Shown here one piece after another: positions 13,142 to 25,893 of a DNA stretch of 64,000 nucleotides (positions within the stretch are counted from its first letter, which is position 1; each line of letters opens with the position of its first letter). Source of the DNA: Paraspadella gotoi (Eukaryota > Animalia > Chaetognatha); the NCBI GenBank assembly GCA_051294375.1, contig CM119263.1, forward strand, positions 19,330,625-19,394,624, written 5' to 3'. The position numbers were made by a program, and so were the translations under genes. The notes below the pieces were generated by a model that saw only the letters and a program-made list of their open reading frames with translations, searched no databases and was not told where the DNA came from.

Positions 13142-16100
13142 TCAAACTCCTCCGTTGAGCATCTGAAATGAATATAAAATAAAACGAATATAAAGAAACG
13201 AAATGGAATCCATACGATCCAAGAAAGTCGAGCAGCGACTCTCCAATCTCCACCTAACCGCACTACCCCATCGTTCCCCCCGATAGGCGATTGGTGGGTC
13301 CGGAGAAGAGCGGGAGTTTAACCTGGAGGTCTCTCTACGCAAGCTTTCTCAGTGCCCCTCCCCCCCCCCAGAAACCCCCTCACCTCCGCGTCGTCCTCCT
13401 GCGCTTCCAACTCGTCCTCATCCTCCCCGCGAATCTCCGTCTCAGCGAAGATCCTCAACAGGAAGGACCCTTCCTGATCTGGCTTGAAGGCGGACGGCAC
13501 CACCACGTATGGTCCGGGCGGGAGGAGGAACCGCTTAGACGTCTCCCTGTACCCGGGAGATTTATTTATTTTTATTTTATTTTTTTTAAATTTTATTATT
13601 TATTATTTTTAATGAGGACATCTATGCATTTTCATTTGTTGCGTTTATTTATTTATTTATTTATTTATTTATGTATTTATCACATTGTGGCGACGACAAC
13701 GTCAATATTTATTTCATTGGTGATTTTATCATGACGAAAACACTTTTTTTTTTCAATTATCTTATCTTATAAAATTTTTACTTTCCTCTCCACGATTCTC
13801 TACCTGGCGTTTGTAAACGGAACCGTGGCGATCGGCTTTCTCTGGAACCTCTCTTTGGGCAGGGGTTCTCCCGTCCTCAACATTTCCTCGTCCTGCTCTT
13901 CACAGTTGAAGATGGTGACGCCTCGTGAGTAAGTTTGGAACGTGTTGCGTTTCCCTGGAGACGAGGGAGAGTCACTTTGAAGGCTAGCGACTAAGTCAAC
14001 TCTTTTGACAGTGGAAATTACACGGTTTTGGAAATAAGCAGTAAAAATCTTTGGAAGAGAAACAGAGTAAGCAACGGCGAAGTCATAATATTTACTTGTA
14101 TTCTGTATAGTGTTTAGTAAACACTGTTTACTGTCGAAATAAAAAGACATGAAGCGTTTGCGAAAGCGTGGATGATTTTTTTTACAAAAATCCTTAATAA
14201 TATGTATGTATGATTATTTAAAGGGGTGAAGTAATCAATGAAGCCGTTTGAAAAATTAAAGCGAAATTTACTTACCCGGTTCTCCTGCTGTCTCAAAAAA
14301 AAAAATCCAAAATAGAATTAGGCGCAACAAAGTAAGTGTGAGTGTGAGTAATTCATCATCTCATCACGTCAACCCAAGGATGAACACAGATTAAATAATA
14401 AATATAGAAAAAAAAGAGTATTTTTTACACTTTTACATTAGCAATCAAACTACTATCTAATAAAATAAAAATAAATTCGTTTAAATCTTATTTAAAAAAA
14501 TCCCAACTTACCCGGTGTTGTCTCTTTGTGCATAATAGCAATGAGGCAAGAAGCCATGTCGTCGTCGTCCGTTTCAATGTCGGTCAACGTAATCCGGATT
14601 TGAGGATTTGTGTAGAACGAATCTAATGAAATCGCATTGATTTGTACAAAAGCAATTGAAAAGCTGTTTTTGAAGGAGCCTCACATGCCCTGAAACCGGG
14701 ACAAAGTATGTACCTACCTACGTAGTTGCGACATCCGCCGGCGTTGACGCCTTTGGTCCACTTGCCGTGAAACTGCAGCAACTTCCACCCGATGTTATCG
14801 TCGGCGTCGTCGTCCAGACTCTCCGCCCGAAGGTTGCACAGCTACGCGATCAAATGTTTCGGTATTTAGGAAATGTGCAATATGCTTATTAGTGAATCAT
14901 TGCAAGGTTTGGATCTACTTTATCCGTTCATACTTCACTAGTAAATTTTGCACAAATCAAGAAGCAACCGAGTTACAAAATTTTTATAAATAAAAGAATA
15001 GAAAAAATTAAGCAAAAATATAAAAGCCGCCCTAAAAACACACCCCCCAAAAAAATAAATGGTCTAGACTAATGGATCATCGTCAAATTCATTCATTCCG
15101 TTAAATTTTGAAACCTGAATGTCGTCGAAATATTTTTTAAAATCGTCCCAACTCATCCAAAATTCTCCGTCTTGCTCAAGACTGAGTCCCAGTTCCTCCT
15201 TGGACGCCTCGTCCAAAGCGTTCCACTCGTCGGAGCCTGGGAGAGGATTCATATTTCCACAAGATCATAAAGTATTTTACATCAATTAGTTCCCTCAATA
15301 TTAAATAGACGACTCGCCTCGTTTATAAACGATCGACTGCTTAACTTCCTCAGTTTCGTTGGCGCCGAAGCAGAAAGACTCCCCGGCTAATTTGCAGGAG
15401 GCGTAACTGGTGAATCCATGTTCACGGGGCTCGGTCCCTATCTGACCATGGCGGAGGGAGAATTAATTTAAATATATTGGTACATGTAGGATTGGGTTAC
15501 TTGATTCTTTAAATCGGTCTGGTGGATCGATATAATTTATTATTTGGAGTTTTCTTTCTCTTTCGTCGCGATTAGAGATTTAGAGTTTTAAATCAAATTC
15601 GGCAGGGATAATCCAATTTTTACAAAATTGTTTCGACTTTGGTTTCAAATCATTTGCGCTGATGAAGACTTGAAACCAAAGTCGAAACGTGTCCGAATTT
15701 TGAAAAAAACAAAATTAAATTATCATAAAACTTTTCAAATATAATTTATTTTAATTTTTGATTGACTGATTGATTTTTTTTTAATTTAATGTTTATTTGA
15801 TTGTTTTATTGATCGACTGATTTTATTGGATCTACAATCTATTTGTTTTATTGTTTGAAATTTTTTTTTAAATTTCACTACTTCATCAAATTAGTAAAGG
15901 CAACACGACAGTTTTCCATCTCTTCTCACCATGCAACAACCATTTTCGTAAGCAACGAGATTCTCCTGGCAACCCTTGACCATCCTGAAGACCGACTGAA
16001 TATTTTCCCTGAGGACATCGTTGGTGAGAGGGCACCAGCCTTCGGGCGGATCCGCCGCCCGTTCCACCAGCTGGAAGCGACAGTCTGTCAGAGACAGGAT

Positions 16101-19100
16101 TTAAAAACGTAATAGAGAGCATTGCTTTGCATTTTAACTTTAACATGATATCACGTTATCAAAGCTGCTTACCGTCCGACCAAGCCCCGTTCCACTCAAC
16201 TCCTATAGTACAAAAAAAATTATCTAAGAAACGCAGATTTGTTAATTAATCATTTGCAACTTTGTTATCTAAAAAATGACCTCTGGCTCCGTGAGGATTT
16301 CGAATCCGAACTAGTTTGGTGTCATTAATCTAAAAAATAAAAATGCGTTAGTAGTGCTTTTAACTATAAATTAGAAATAACAAAATACCTTATTTTATGT
16401 TCTATGATGAGTTATTAAATGACAATACTTAAATCCTATGCATGAACTGACCACTTTCGCGTCAGTGAGACTGTAGGCGTGTCCGGCGATGAGCCCGCAA
16501 CTCAGAGTCGATTCACCGGATTTTCCTTTGATGGGATTTATGCCACAACTGGTGAGAATTAAAAGCTGATAATGACTATTGACTATTGACTAATGACTAA
16601 TAATGACAATAAATTGTGAAAAAAAAACTTTTCCAATTCCCCTAATCTCTAGCTCTGGCAATAAAGGTCACCGGTCCTCACCCAACCAAAGCTCCTTTCC
16701 CTAGGGCCTGCATTAGCAATGGGTGAAGCTTCGCGTCGTCAGGGAGTTTCTTGAGTTGCCAAGTTTCCGTGACGCCTCCAGTGAAGTCGCGCATAGCGAC
16801 GATGGGTTGGCCGCCTTGTAGGGCGAAAAACGATCCGTGAACCCTTAGCATGGAAAGAGTGAGAAAAAAAAGTAAAATAGAAACTGAATATATTTTATTA
16901 ATGTTTTTATCCATAACGGGCATTACGGATTTGTTAGAACAGCCAAAAACTTCTTAAACCTAATTCTGTTAAAATAACTTAAACGGCGTCAAACTCAGAT
17001 GTTCATTTGAAAGGCGAATTTGTTAAAAAGGTCCAAAGAGGGCCCATGCCATGGCTGCATCAAAGATTAAAGATAAGATGAAAAACTGACTCATAGAGCT
17101 TCTATACTGAGTAAACTTTGAACAGGGAATTGGCCATAAAGGTTTATTTAGTTTATGAAGCGTTTGGTACTGACGCATTCGTTTGTAAAAATGTACTGTA
17201 ACCGAAGCGATGTTCTTTTTTTCTTCTTCAACGATTCTCTTTTCGGAATCTTCGAGTTCCTCATTATTAAAAGAATCTGTTTTTATAAAGTAGAAAATTT
17301 GAAACGTTTAAATTTCGTTATCTTTTTAAATAATGTTTACATTTTAGATAACTCTATGTTTCATACATTTTAAACTCCTCCCAGGCGATGGATCGCGTCA
17401 CTCCTTCGTGCCTCATCATCACCACTGTGTCCCTCGTCGTCTTCTACTGCCTTCTCTTCGGCATCGATCCCCGCCGATTCCTTCGCCGATCAAAGGAGTT
17501 GACGTTGAAGGATCTCAAGTCCGAAAACGCTCTCAGACTTAGAGAGGCGCGAGTCTGGCTCGAGGATTTCCAAGAAAAGAGTCGATCGGAAAGTAGCATC
17601 CATCCTCATAATTTAAAAGGCCTTCGCAAACCTCTCCCCCAAACCCCAACCTCTTTGAATCACCGCCCGTCTATAGAAATAGTCGTAGTAACAACGCCCC
17701 GCCGCGGAGATTTTTTCACGCTGACGCAAACGGCGGCGACAATGGGGCGTCTCTCGCGTCTACAGCATAACTTCGACGTCGTCGTCGTGGTTTGTGACGT
17801 CGCGTCCGGGGTCCACGAGGAGGCAGACAGTCTTGCCGACGCGTTTACTATCTGGAAGAAGCCGGGCCAGGTAAGCCTTCTTTTTTTATCATTTCTTTTT
17901 CAACGATGTCAACTCCTACCTCTAGAATTCCTCTAATTTCCTCGCAGCCCAAAGATTTCGAACTAAACATCTTCGAAAAGGAAAAACGCGACTACGTGTT
18001 TTGCCTCAACTCGACGAGACATTCCGATTTCGTTCTGATGCTAGAAGACGACGCCGTCGCTCACGACGACTTCTTCCCCGTTCTCGCTAACGTCCTCTCG
18101 CGGACGAAGCGTTATCCCGAGATCTCCTCGGCCCTCTACCTCAAACTCCACCATCCCGAGAGCCTGCTGGGATGGCTCAACCCAGAACCCGCCAGGCTGC
18201 TGGAGTGGGTGATCCTATCCTTTGTCGGAACGACTGCGACCCTGTGGACGATGGAGAAATTGGTCCGAAATGGAAAAAGGACCACTTCTGGACGCCTGCG
18301 CAACTGGACGCGTCTTTTTCTCGCGTTCCTCGTCCTGCTGGAGCTCGTGGGCCGAAAAAACTTGATCCGGGTCAAACGGCTCCACCCGAGCCTCTACGGA
18401 GTCTTCCCCGCCCCGGATTGCTGCACTCAGGCCAACCTATTCCCCAGAAAAACGGTGGAATTGGTCGTCGAAACTCTCGACGTTGAGGAGTGCAACCGTA
18501 CCTATGCCAAGGACGCCGCATTAGACGCGCTGAAGCGGCGCCACCCCGTGGGAGCGTTTTCGGTGGAACCGAATCTCGTGAAACACATTGGACTTTACTC
18601 TACGTTAAGAAAATCACCGACCGTTAATCCGCTGAGCTTGTGAATGAATATAATGAAATTGGATGGAAGGAAAATGAAGCAAAGAGGCAGCGTGAACTCG
18701 GGAAGAATGGAAGAAGGAATAAAAAGGCGAAGAAAATAAGCGAGAGAAGAAATGCGGAAATGATGGCAGTAAATGAATCGTAATGAGAGATGAGATATTT
18801 ATGCCTTATTGTCTCGTACTTATTTTGTTTATATTATTTCATTCTAATATACAACAGCGCTTAATTATACTTTTTGGTATAGTTAATCACAGATATTTAA
18901 GTAGATTAGGTAATAGGTAAGTATTATAAGTAAATAAGCTTACTTTGCATAAGCTTTCTCAAAGAGAGCCGGCCAAAACTCGTTCTTTGATGAGCCCTGG
19001 CTATGAAGAAAGACCAATTCGCCTTTGTTGGTTGGAAGGAAATCGTCGATGCAAACCTCCACCCAATCACCGTAACGCCAAAAACGAAATCTGATTGGTC

Positions 19101-21019
19101 AAAGATGATTCGATTGACTGGTGGGATTTTTAAAAACCCAGGATTCTCAAAAATATATATAAAAAAAATTTTATTCTTAGGAATAGGACTTAGTTAACGA
19201 GCGACATATTAGTTGTACCAATATCATAAACGATTAACCTATACTAAAAATTGAATTATTGATAATGATTGATTTAAAAATGATTTGATCGCTGCTTGCC
19301 TGAAAACTCCGCAGTATTCGTCCTCGGTGGAGAATCCTTGCTGAGGATCCACCACTTTGTCAAAGAGTTTGTCGTTTTCGCAAAGTGCGGCGATTCCCGC
19401 CATCAGCCAGCAGTTTCCCATTCGTCCCTGCGCGGACGAAGTAACCGTTAGTCAATAGCCAATAATCACGTTGGAGTCATGGACCGAGTTGGATTGAGAG
19501 TAACTCACCTGATTGATGTCATGACGACTTGCGCCATCTACAACGAATTCAGGATGACGAAGATTTTCGGGAAAATTGGCTACGATTTCCTGATAAGGAA
19601 CATTTATTTTCTTTACACTTTTCGTTTCTATTCTGGTTATTTTGGAAATTTAATTATAATTAATAATTAAATTTTAATAGAGATAATTTAATTATTTACC
19701 ATTTTATTTTTCCCTTCGTCCGCTTTGTCACTCCTATCTTTTATACTAGTTATGCGTGTATAACTGTATATATACACTTTTTTTTCTTATTTTAATTGAT
19801 TGAATTTCATTTTAATTTTGAGTCGCCATGTTTTACGAAAAATTTTCTTTTTAATTTTCCTCCGCTTATCCATAAATCTTGCGCATTTTTTTACCTTCAT
19901 ATTATTCTTATTTGATTTGTAACCGTATACAATCGCGTTCAATAACAATCAAGTTCTATAGAAAAATAATTTTCAGCTAACTCACCGGTTTGTAAGTGTT
20001 AAAAAACTGTACATACATAGCATATCATCGCTGGAGATCAAACCACCTCGGAACCAAAAACGGATCGGAGACCGGGGCAAATAAGAAAATGAAGTTTAAT
20101 TATTTCGGCCAAACCGCTAATCATCCAAATTCAGTCGGCTTGCGAAGCGGTTTAGCAGGAAATATAATCATTGATAAAACCTGTTTTATAACTCAGTAGG
20201 TTAAAGAGGAGGTTAAGAGGAGGTTAAGGAGGTTAAAGATCTTTACATACGCCCTTTCATTAACCAATAATCGTAATGTTCACTAATCCATTTTGTTTAT
20301 ACCTAACCAAAGAGCAACATACCCCAAAGCAAATCGCACATGTAAAGAAGCTAAAAGTATGAATTTTTTTTGCCCTTCGCTTTCTCATTTTATTTTCAAG
20401 TCATTCGATAAGACTGTTCAGTGTTCACTGTTCAGTGTTCAGTCCATCAGCGCCGTGACAGAGCATTAGCCGCATTCGATTCACTTTTATGTAATGTCAA
20501 TTGTCCGCGACAATACTTTCACATCATCGCTTATCTCACTTGCGGTCGCATCCATTTGATTTCGCATCCGAAGTCGGACCCGATGCTTTTCTCGTTGGCG
20601 GGAAATTCCAAGTCTTCGAACAAGGTCCCATTTGTGAAATGTTCCGACTAAAATACATAATGGGGTTAATGAATATCAAAAATATATAGAATAGTTGAAA
20701 AGTAATATACTAAATTACATTGTGTAAATCCTTTCTTTCGTTTTGTTTGTGATTTAGAGAGAGTTTGATTTTAGTTTTTGAACAACGATTTTATTAGTAT
20801 CAATGAAAATGTTTCGACTTTGATGCAAGTCTTCATCAGCCAAATTACATTAACATAGTAACATAAAACCGGTAAGGATGAAAATTATTGGAAACAACAA
20901 TGGCTGTCAGGAAGTTTTAGCTAAATCAACAATGTTTGAAACCCTTATTAAACATAACTTACCGTAATCTGATCATAAATTTGACTCTTACAGTACGGAA
21001 TCGGTTTGGCCGACGTCAT
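13142..21019 (-). CDS. Atypical calpain (CysPc protease core plus C2-like domain III, acidic tail, no visible penta-EF-hand), multi-exon; 3' end uncertain (stop near 13264 or at 13142)
   Basis: ATG at 21019 (MTSAKPIPY); [26 protein letters not shown] (catalytic Cys), [42 protein letters not shown] (His), RIRNPHG (Asn), [56 protein letters not shown]. Confidence 0.93.
15630..15697 (+). ncRNA. Minimal hammerhead ribozyme motif with partial inverted copy, in a calpain intron
   Basis: cg-CTGATGA-a-GACTT gaaacca AAGTC-GAAA-c gt GTC-cg; 15630-15648 is the reverse complement of 15670-15688. Confidence 0.72.
17388..18643 (+). CDS. PGAP4: PGAP4/TMEM246-like GPI GalNAc transferase, 2 exons (17388-17870, 17948-18643), nested antisense in a calpain intron
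   Basis: N-terminal TM segment; [12 protein letters not shown]; VLMLEDDAV; YLKLHHPE; two internal TM segments; [13 protein letters not shown]; AKD; [15 protein letters not shown]. Confidence 0.88.
20718..20846 (-). mobile_element. Solo hammerhead-bearing terminal repeat of the same family, with a degenerate cleavage side
   Basis: Minus strand reads gg-CTGATGA-a-GACTT gcatca AAGTC-GAAAC-attttc...AATAAAATCGTTG...ACGAAAGAAAGGATTTACACAA. Confidence 0.7.
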
Positions 21020-22299
21020 TTTATCTGCCGAGTATGATGGAGGTTAAGTCGAATCCAGTTTGCGCTCTAGGGACAAAAACGAACGCAGCAGATCTGCGAC
21101 GAGGAGACGAGAGATTAAACGGCTTTGGCATAACTAAGAGTAAGACCAACCGAGTAAAAACTCGTTTTGATCCGACCTGTTTTTGGAGAGAGGGAAAAGG
21201 AGAAAAAAGGTAAGGGAGAGAGCAAATGACGTAAAAAAAAAAGGAAAAAAAAGAAAAGATCGCGAAGACCAACGTCAAGAGAAAAGCCTTAAGTATCGAT
21301 CGTTTTAGGAAGTAAACACCGAAGCCGGAACCAATATTGCAACTTTCAAAAAAAAGGGGACCAGATCACGACTAACAGATTGTTGTCAAATATTTGCTTC
21401 TTTTAATACTGATAATAAAAGGGGTTTTCAAAGATTTCGACCGAGTTTTATGATTCAGAACGTATTCTTGATCTCCAGCCTGGGTAATTTTAATTGAATA
21501 ATTGTACTGAGAGAGAATGTGGTAAATTTAAGGTGACAGGTTTTGGTAGAGAGAGAGGATGAGTAGTATTTTTTATGGTACTTTTCACTTAGAACAGTAC
21601 TTTTAGAATAACTGGTTTTTTTTTTCTGTTTCACTTCTCGGAATGCGGATTTAAGACCAGTTGAGATAAAAAATCTACATCAGGATTACCATTTCTTTTG
21701 TCCCCGGATGCGGCACAAAAAAAAAAACACGAAAAAAGGGACCTCAGAAGGGAAGCTTTTCGTACTGAGACCATATCATAACCTATTACCTAATACTATT
21801 AACGATAAGTCCAATAAAGATGGTAGTGTGGCAACAACAACAACAACACGTGACCTTATCAAATCAAGAACCCTGACCGAAATTACTCCTCACTCAATCG
21901 CTGACGGTCACCACGGTCATCAGTGACTCTCTCCCGGTTGTCCTCAGCCGTTTCCTTGTAAAGTTATTGTTTACGGTTTTAGACTTATCATTTTCACTTG
22001 TTTATTTTTGTATTTGTTGTTGGAGAATAAACTCATTCTATCTGAACCTCGTCCCGTTTACTTGTCACAGTAGGACATTTGTAATTCGATGGAAGGAAAC
22101 CGATGCTTAATTGAAATGTAACACATATTCTTTCTCCCAACGAAATTGCGCAAACAGCGAACAGAAAACCAGTGTCATACAACAGATCTTTACTCACCTC
22201 GATTGCTTTTCTTCCTTCACCCACTTTTTTTTTTATTTTCTTTTATTTTTTCCATATTTATTTCTTTTTCTCTTTTCTTGTACTAGCCCACATTCGAAA

Positions 22300-23439
22300 A
22301 TGTTAATCCCTGGTATGGGCCTTCCCGTCATTTGGGAACAAACGAACGTCCTGATAATCGCCTGTCGAGGTTTCGAGTTCGCGCCCCTCGTATCGACGAT
22401 ACTCGTTGTTTTCAGGTGACCCTCACGGTGAAGATGTTGAGTTAAATCAAATAATATTTAATAATCAATGTGATTCGAGAGTTAGTTAAAAATTTTGAAT
22501 TAAAATAGCACGTTCGTCATTAATACTTTACTCAAATCAATGAAATAAATATGTAAAATGGATAACTTAAACTTGGCATTCATGATTGTAAAGCCAAAAA
22601 CCAACTATAATCTATTATTCTCAGACTTAGTCAGTTGGCGAGAGACATTCACAAGTTCCCCTTCGATCGGTGGTCGGTGCAAACGATCATGAGGGTAGGA
22701 GTTTCCTCGAATCGTGATTCCTAGTAACCTTATTCAAAAAAATAAATAAAACCGACGCAGGTGGGCTTCGTACTCATATGCATTCCCGCCTACTTCATGA
22801 TGATGTATCGTCAGATGCACCTGTGGATCTCTTTCGGCGACTTTTGTCCGCACACAACGCGATACTACTTCCTCCCTCTATATTCGCTCGCCGTCGCCTT
22901 TTTTCTTCACACGTACCCGCTAGAAAGATTTGTGCCGGAAATGTTCGGTCAGTTGATATAGTGTAGTTAAATAGCCGCATGTTTTGTTTTTTTTTTAAAT
23001 TTTAATTTCCCACTGCGCCCAAGGCGTTCCAACGACGCTCCCCTGTACCGCCCCATGGAAACGCGAGCTGATGCGAATGAGGGCCATCCAAGAGATGAAC
23101 GACAACGCATTAGTCAACGGGGCGGACGGAGACAAAGACAGACCGGACGGGGACAAGGGTAACTCGGGAGCAAACAACAACAACAACGCTATTCCACAGG
23201 ACAACGGTACCGGTGATTACATCCGAGGCAGCAACCACACCTTCAATGTAAATCGCTATTATGGAGTTAGGAAGGTTCCATCTAACTTGAAGCATAACAG
23301 GTATAAAGTTTGTGTAAAGCTTGTGGAAACGTTATTCAAATATTATGACTGGTCTTACTTCTCCAGGATGTCCAGAAGAGGCTACAGAGTTTGCAGCAGC
23401 CGATTCGACTATTACGATCTTCCAATCCCTGCTTATTAA
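22300..23439 (+). CDS. Unrecognised predicted multi-pass membrane protein, tandem copy 1 (exons approx. 22300-22415, 22625-22694, 22761-22947, 23024-23300, 23367-23439)
   Basis: GT-AG exons join in frame: MLIPGMGLP..IIACRGFEFAPLVSTILVVFR|LSQLARDIHKFP..|VGFVLICIP..HTTRYYFLPLYSL..HTYPLERFVPEMF|GVPTTLPCTAP. Conserved with copy 2. An upstream exon is possible. Confidence 0.82.
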
Positions 23440-23943
23440 AATAAAATCAGACAGTGGTTGAAAATTTTTTGGGAATAAGAATAAGAATTGCATTCAAATC
23501 TACTGATGAGATTGTTGCACCATAAATGATTATGAAATGAATGAAGTGTGAAGTAATAATGGTTCTTCCATCGCTAAAAAGATTTTGAATTATGAAATTA
23601 TATAAGACGTGTTTTTTATTAAATTTTCGTTACGTAAATAGGCTTAACGTTTGTCTAGTTTTGGTAAAATCAAGTCCTATTCTTGAACTCTCACGTCATA
23701 TTCTACCAACGAAATATACGAATATAATATTCGATATTTGAAGTGAATGGTTGTATGGCTTCAAGTTTATGAATATAACTAATAACCGAAGTTAATGGTG
23801 GAAAATACTGGTAGGAAAAGCGCTTACGCGACTTTTCTTCTCCTACCAACCCTTCTGTTTTTTTATTTCTTTTTTTTTTGTTTGTTTTTTTTTCTTCTTT
23901 TTTTTTTCTTTTTTTTGGGGGGGCCAAACCGACGAGGACGAAG

Positions 23944-25138
23944 ATGATTATCCCAGGATTGTCCCTTCCCGTTATGCTGAGGGAGACCAACATCCTCATC
24001 ATCGCCTGCCGAGGTTTCGAGTTCGCGCCTCTCGTCTCCACGATTCTCGTCGTTTTCAGGTCAAGGATGTCGTCTGCTTATGGTCCAAATCAAGGTGGCT
24101 TATCACATTTCATGGTCTCATGGTTTCATGGTCTCATTTTTTTGTGGAATTGAGATGCAGTTTTTACCTGGATTATATGATTTAATATATAACAAAGTAT
24201 AATAATAATTGTGAACATGATAATAAATATTATCGAAAACAAAGTGAAAGTGCTAATGAAGTACTTGAGAATCTTTTCTTCAAACAACAGACTGAGCCAG
24301 TTGGCGAGAGATATCCACAAGTTTCCGGTTGATAGATGGTCCATTCAAACGGTCATGAGGGTAAAACAATTTTTAACATTTTCATTGAGTACTTAATTCC
24401 AGAGAGCTCACGAATTGCTCACAATCCTGCAGGTGGGATTCGTTCTCATCTGCATTCCCATCTACTTTTTCATGATGTACCGACAAATGCATCTTCTCAT
24501 CTCCCTGAGCGACATCTGCGTTCATACAACGCGCTATTACTTCTTGCCACTGTACTCTCTCGGCATCGCCTTCTTTCTGCACACTTATCCGTTGGAGAGA
24601 TACGTTCCGGAAATGTTCGGTGAGATTCGCCCAGAAAACCTTAAAGAGTTTTTGAAAATATCTTAAGACCCCAATTGGAGGGTTTTCTTGACGACTATCT
24701 CGGGCTTTGCTCCCCACGCAGGCGTTCCTACAACTCTCCCTTGCACTGCACCTCACAAGAGGGAGTTGATGCGGCTTATGGCAATCAAAGCAGAGGACAA
24801 CGAAAACGCCGCCGAGGATGACGACGACGACAACAACAACGCTGCCGCCGGAGATTTCAATAGAAACAACAACAGAACGTACACAATCAACGGCATGTAC
24901 AGAATTCGATCGAGAAACATTCCGACGAAAAGGTAAAGCTAATATCTTAGCAATCGGCTCTTGAGAATAAAGTAAAGTAAAGTAAAGTAAAGTAAAGTAA
25001 AGTAAAGTAAATAAAGTAAAGCCATTTCTTAGCAATCGGCTCTTGAGAAATGATAGTTAAAAAAAAATATTTTTTTGTTCAAATAGGTCGAATAGGAAAT
25101 ACATCGTTAATGGGGCCAGTATCGAGGAATACAGTTGA
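23944..25138 (+). CDS. Unrecognised predicted multi-pass membrane protein, tandem copy 2 (exons approx. 23944-24059, 24291-24360, 24433-24619, 24722-24932, 25087-25138)
   Basis: Same exon structure and near-identical peptide blocks as copy 1, with many third-position differences. Confidence 0.82.
24945..25049 (-). repeat. (AAAGT)n tract flanked by a perfect 23-bp direct repeat
   Basis: TCTTAGCAATCGGCTCTTGAGAA at 24945-24967 and again at 25027-25049. Confidence 0.85.
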
Positions 25139-25893
25139 TCAACATCTAAAGAAAATGGTGTCTTCCAACAGTTGAAGAACAGAGAGGCTAAGGCAGTCAA
25201 TTTTCTGTCGCTTCGGATTGATCGAAAGCGGGAAGAAGCTTATCAATTAAATAATATAATCTGAAAAAGGAAACAGCCTTGAAGAAATTCTTTTTTTGAA
25301 AATAGTAGACGCAGGACGATGAATTCTTTTTGTATTGGCCGGTTTTTTTTGTTTTTGTTTTTTTTTTTGTACGGAAATGGGTACCAAACTACGATATTGA
25401 GGAACAAAGGATTGGTCTGGCAAATCCTTAATTTTTCTCCCTTATAGCTGTCATTAGTCATAGCATGATTGATTCGGGTATTTCAACAATGAAATTAGAA
25501 CTCAAATAATTATTATTTCTTTTTTTCCCACTGATGAAAATGAAAGTCTTTTTAATTTAACAAAAACGGTTGGCTATAACATAGAATTCACTGGGTAAAT
25601 TTCTATGCTTTCAAAATACGTTAAGAGCAACTTTTGAAGATTAAAATGCTCATATGATCTATCGCGTTTTTTAGTATACTACTGCTTAGGAAAAAAAATA
25701 TCATGCTATATTTTAAAACTTTTTTACTTTTTTTCTACGCCTTTTCTTATTTTCTTTATCTCTTGAAGCCCAAGTTTAAAAAAATTAACTCACTTCAAAA
25801 TTTTTTTGCAGCCAAAGTATGGAATTTTTGGCCAAAATTTTTTAGGTGTTGGCATCTCAGTTGATAAGGAATATTTGCCTAGAATTATCAGAA

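Noticed and set aside
15340-15440. RNase MRP-like (GAAAGACTCCCCGG...CACGGGGCTC) or HDV-like ribozyme on the + strand
   Set aside because: The spacing is far too short for MRP and the HDV P1/P2 pairings fail. The segment is better explained as a minus-strand in-frame calpain exon.
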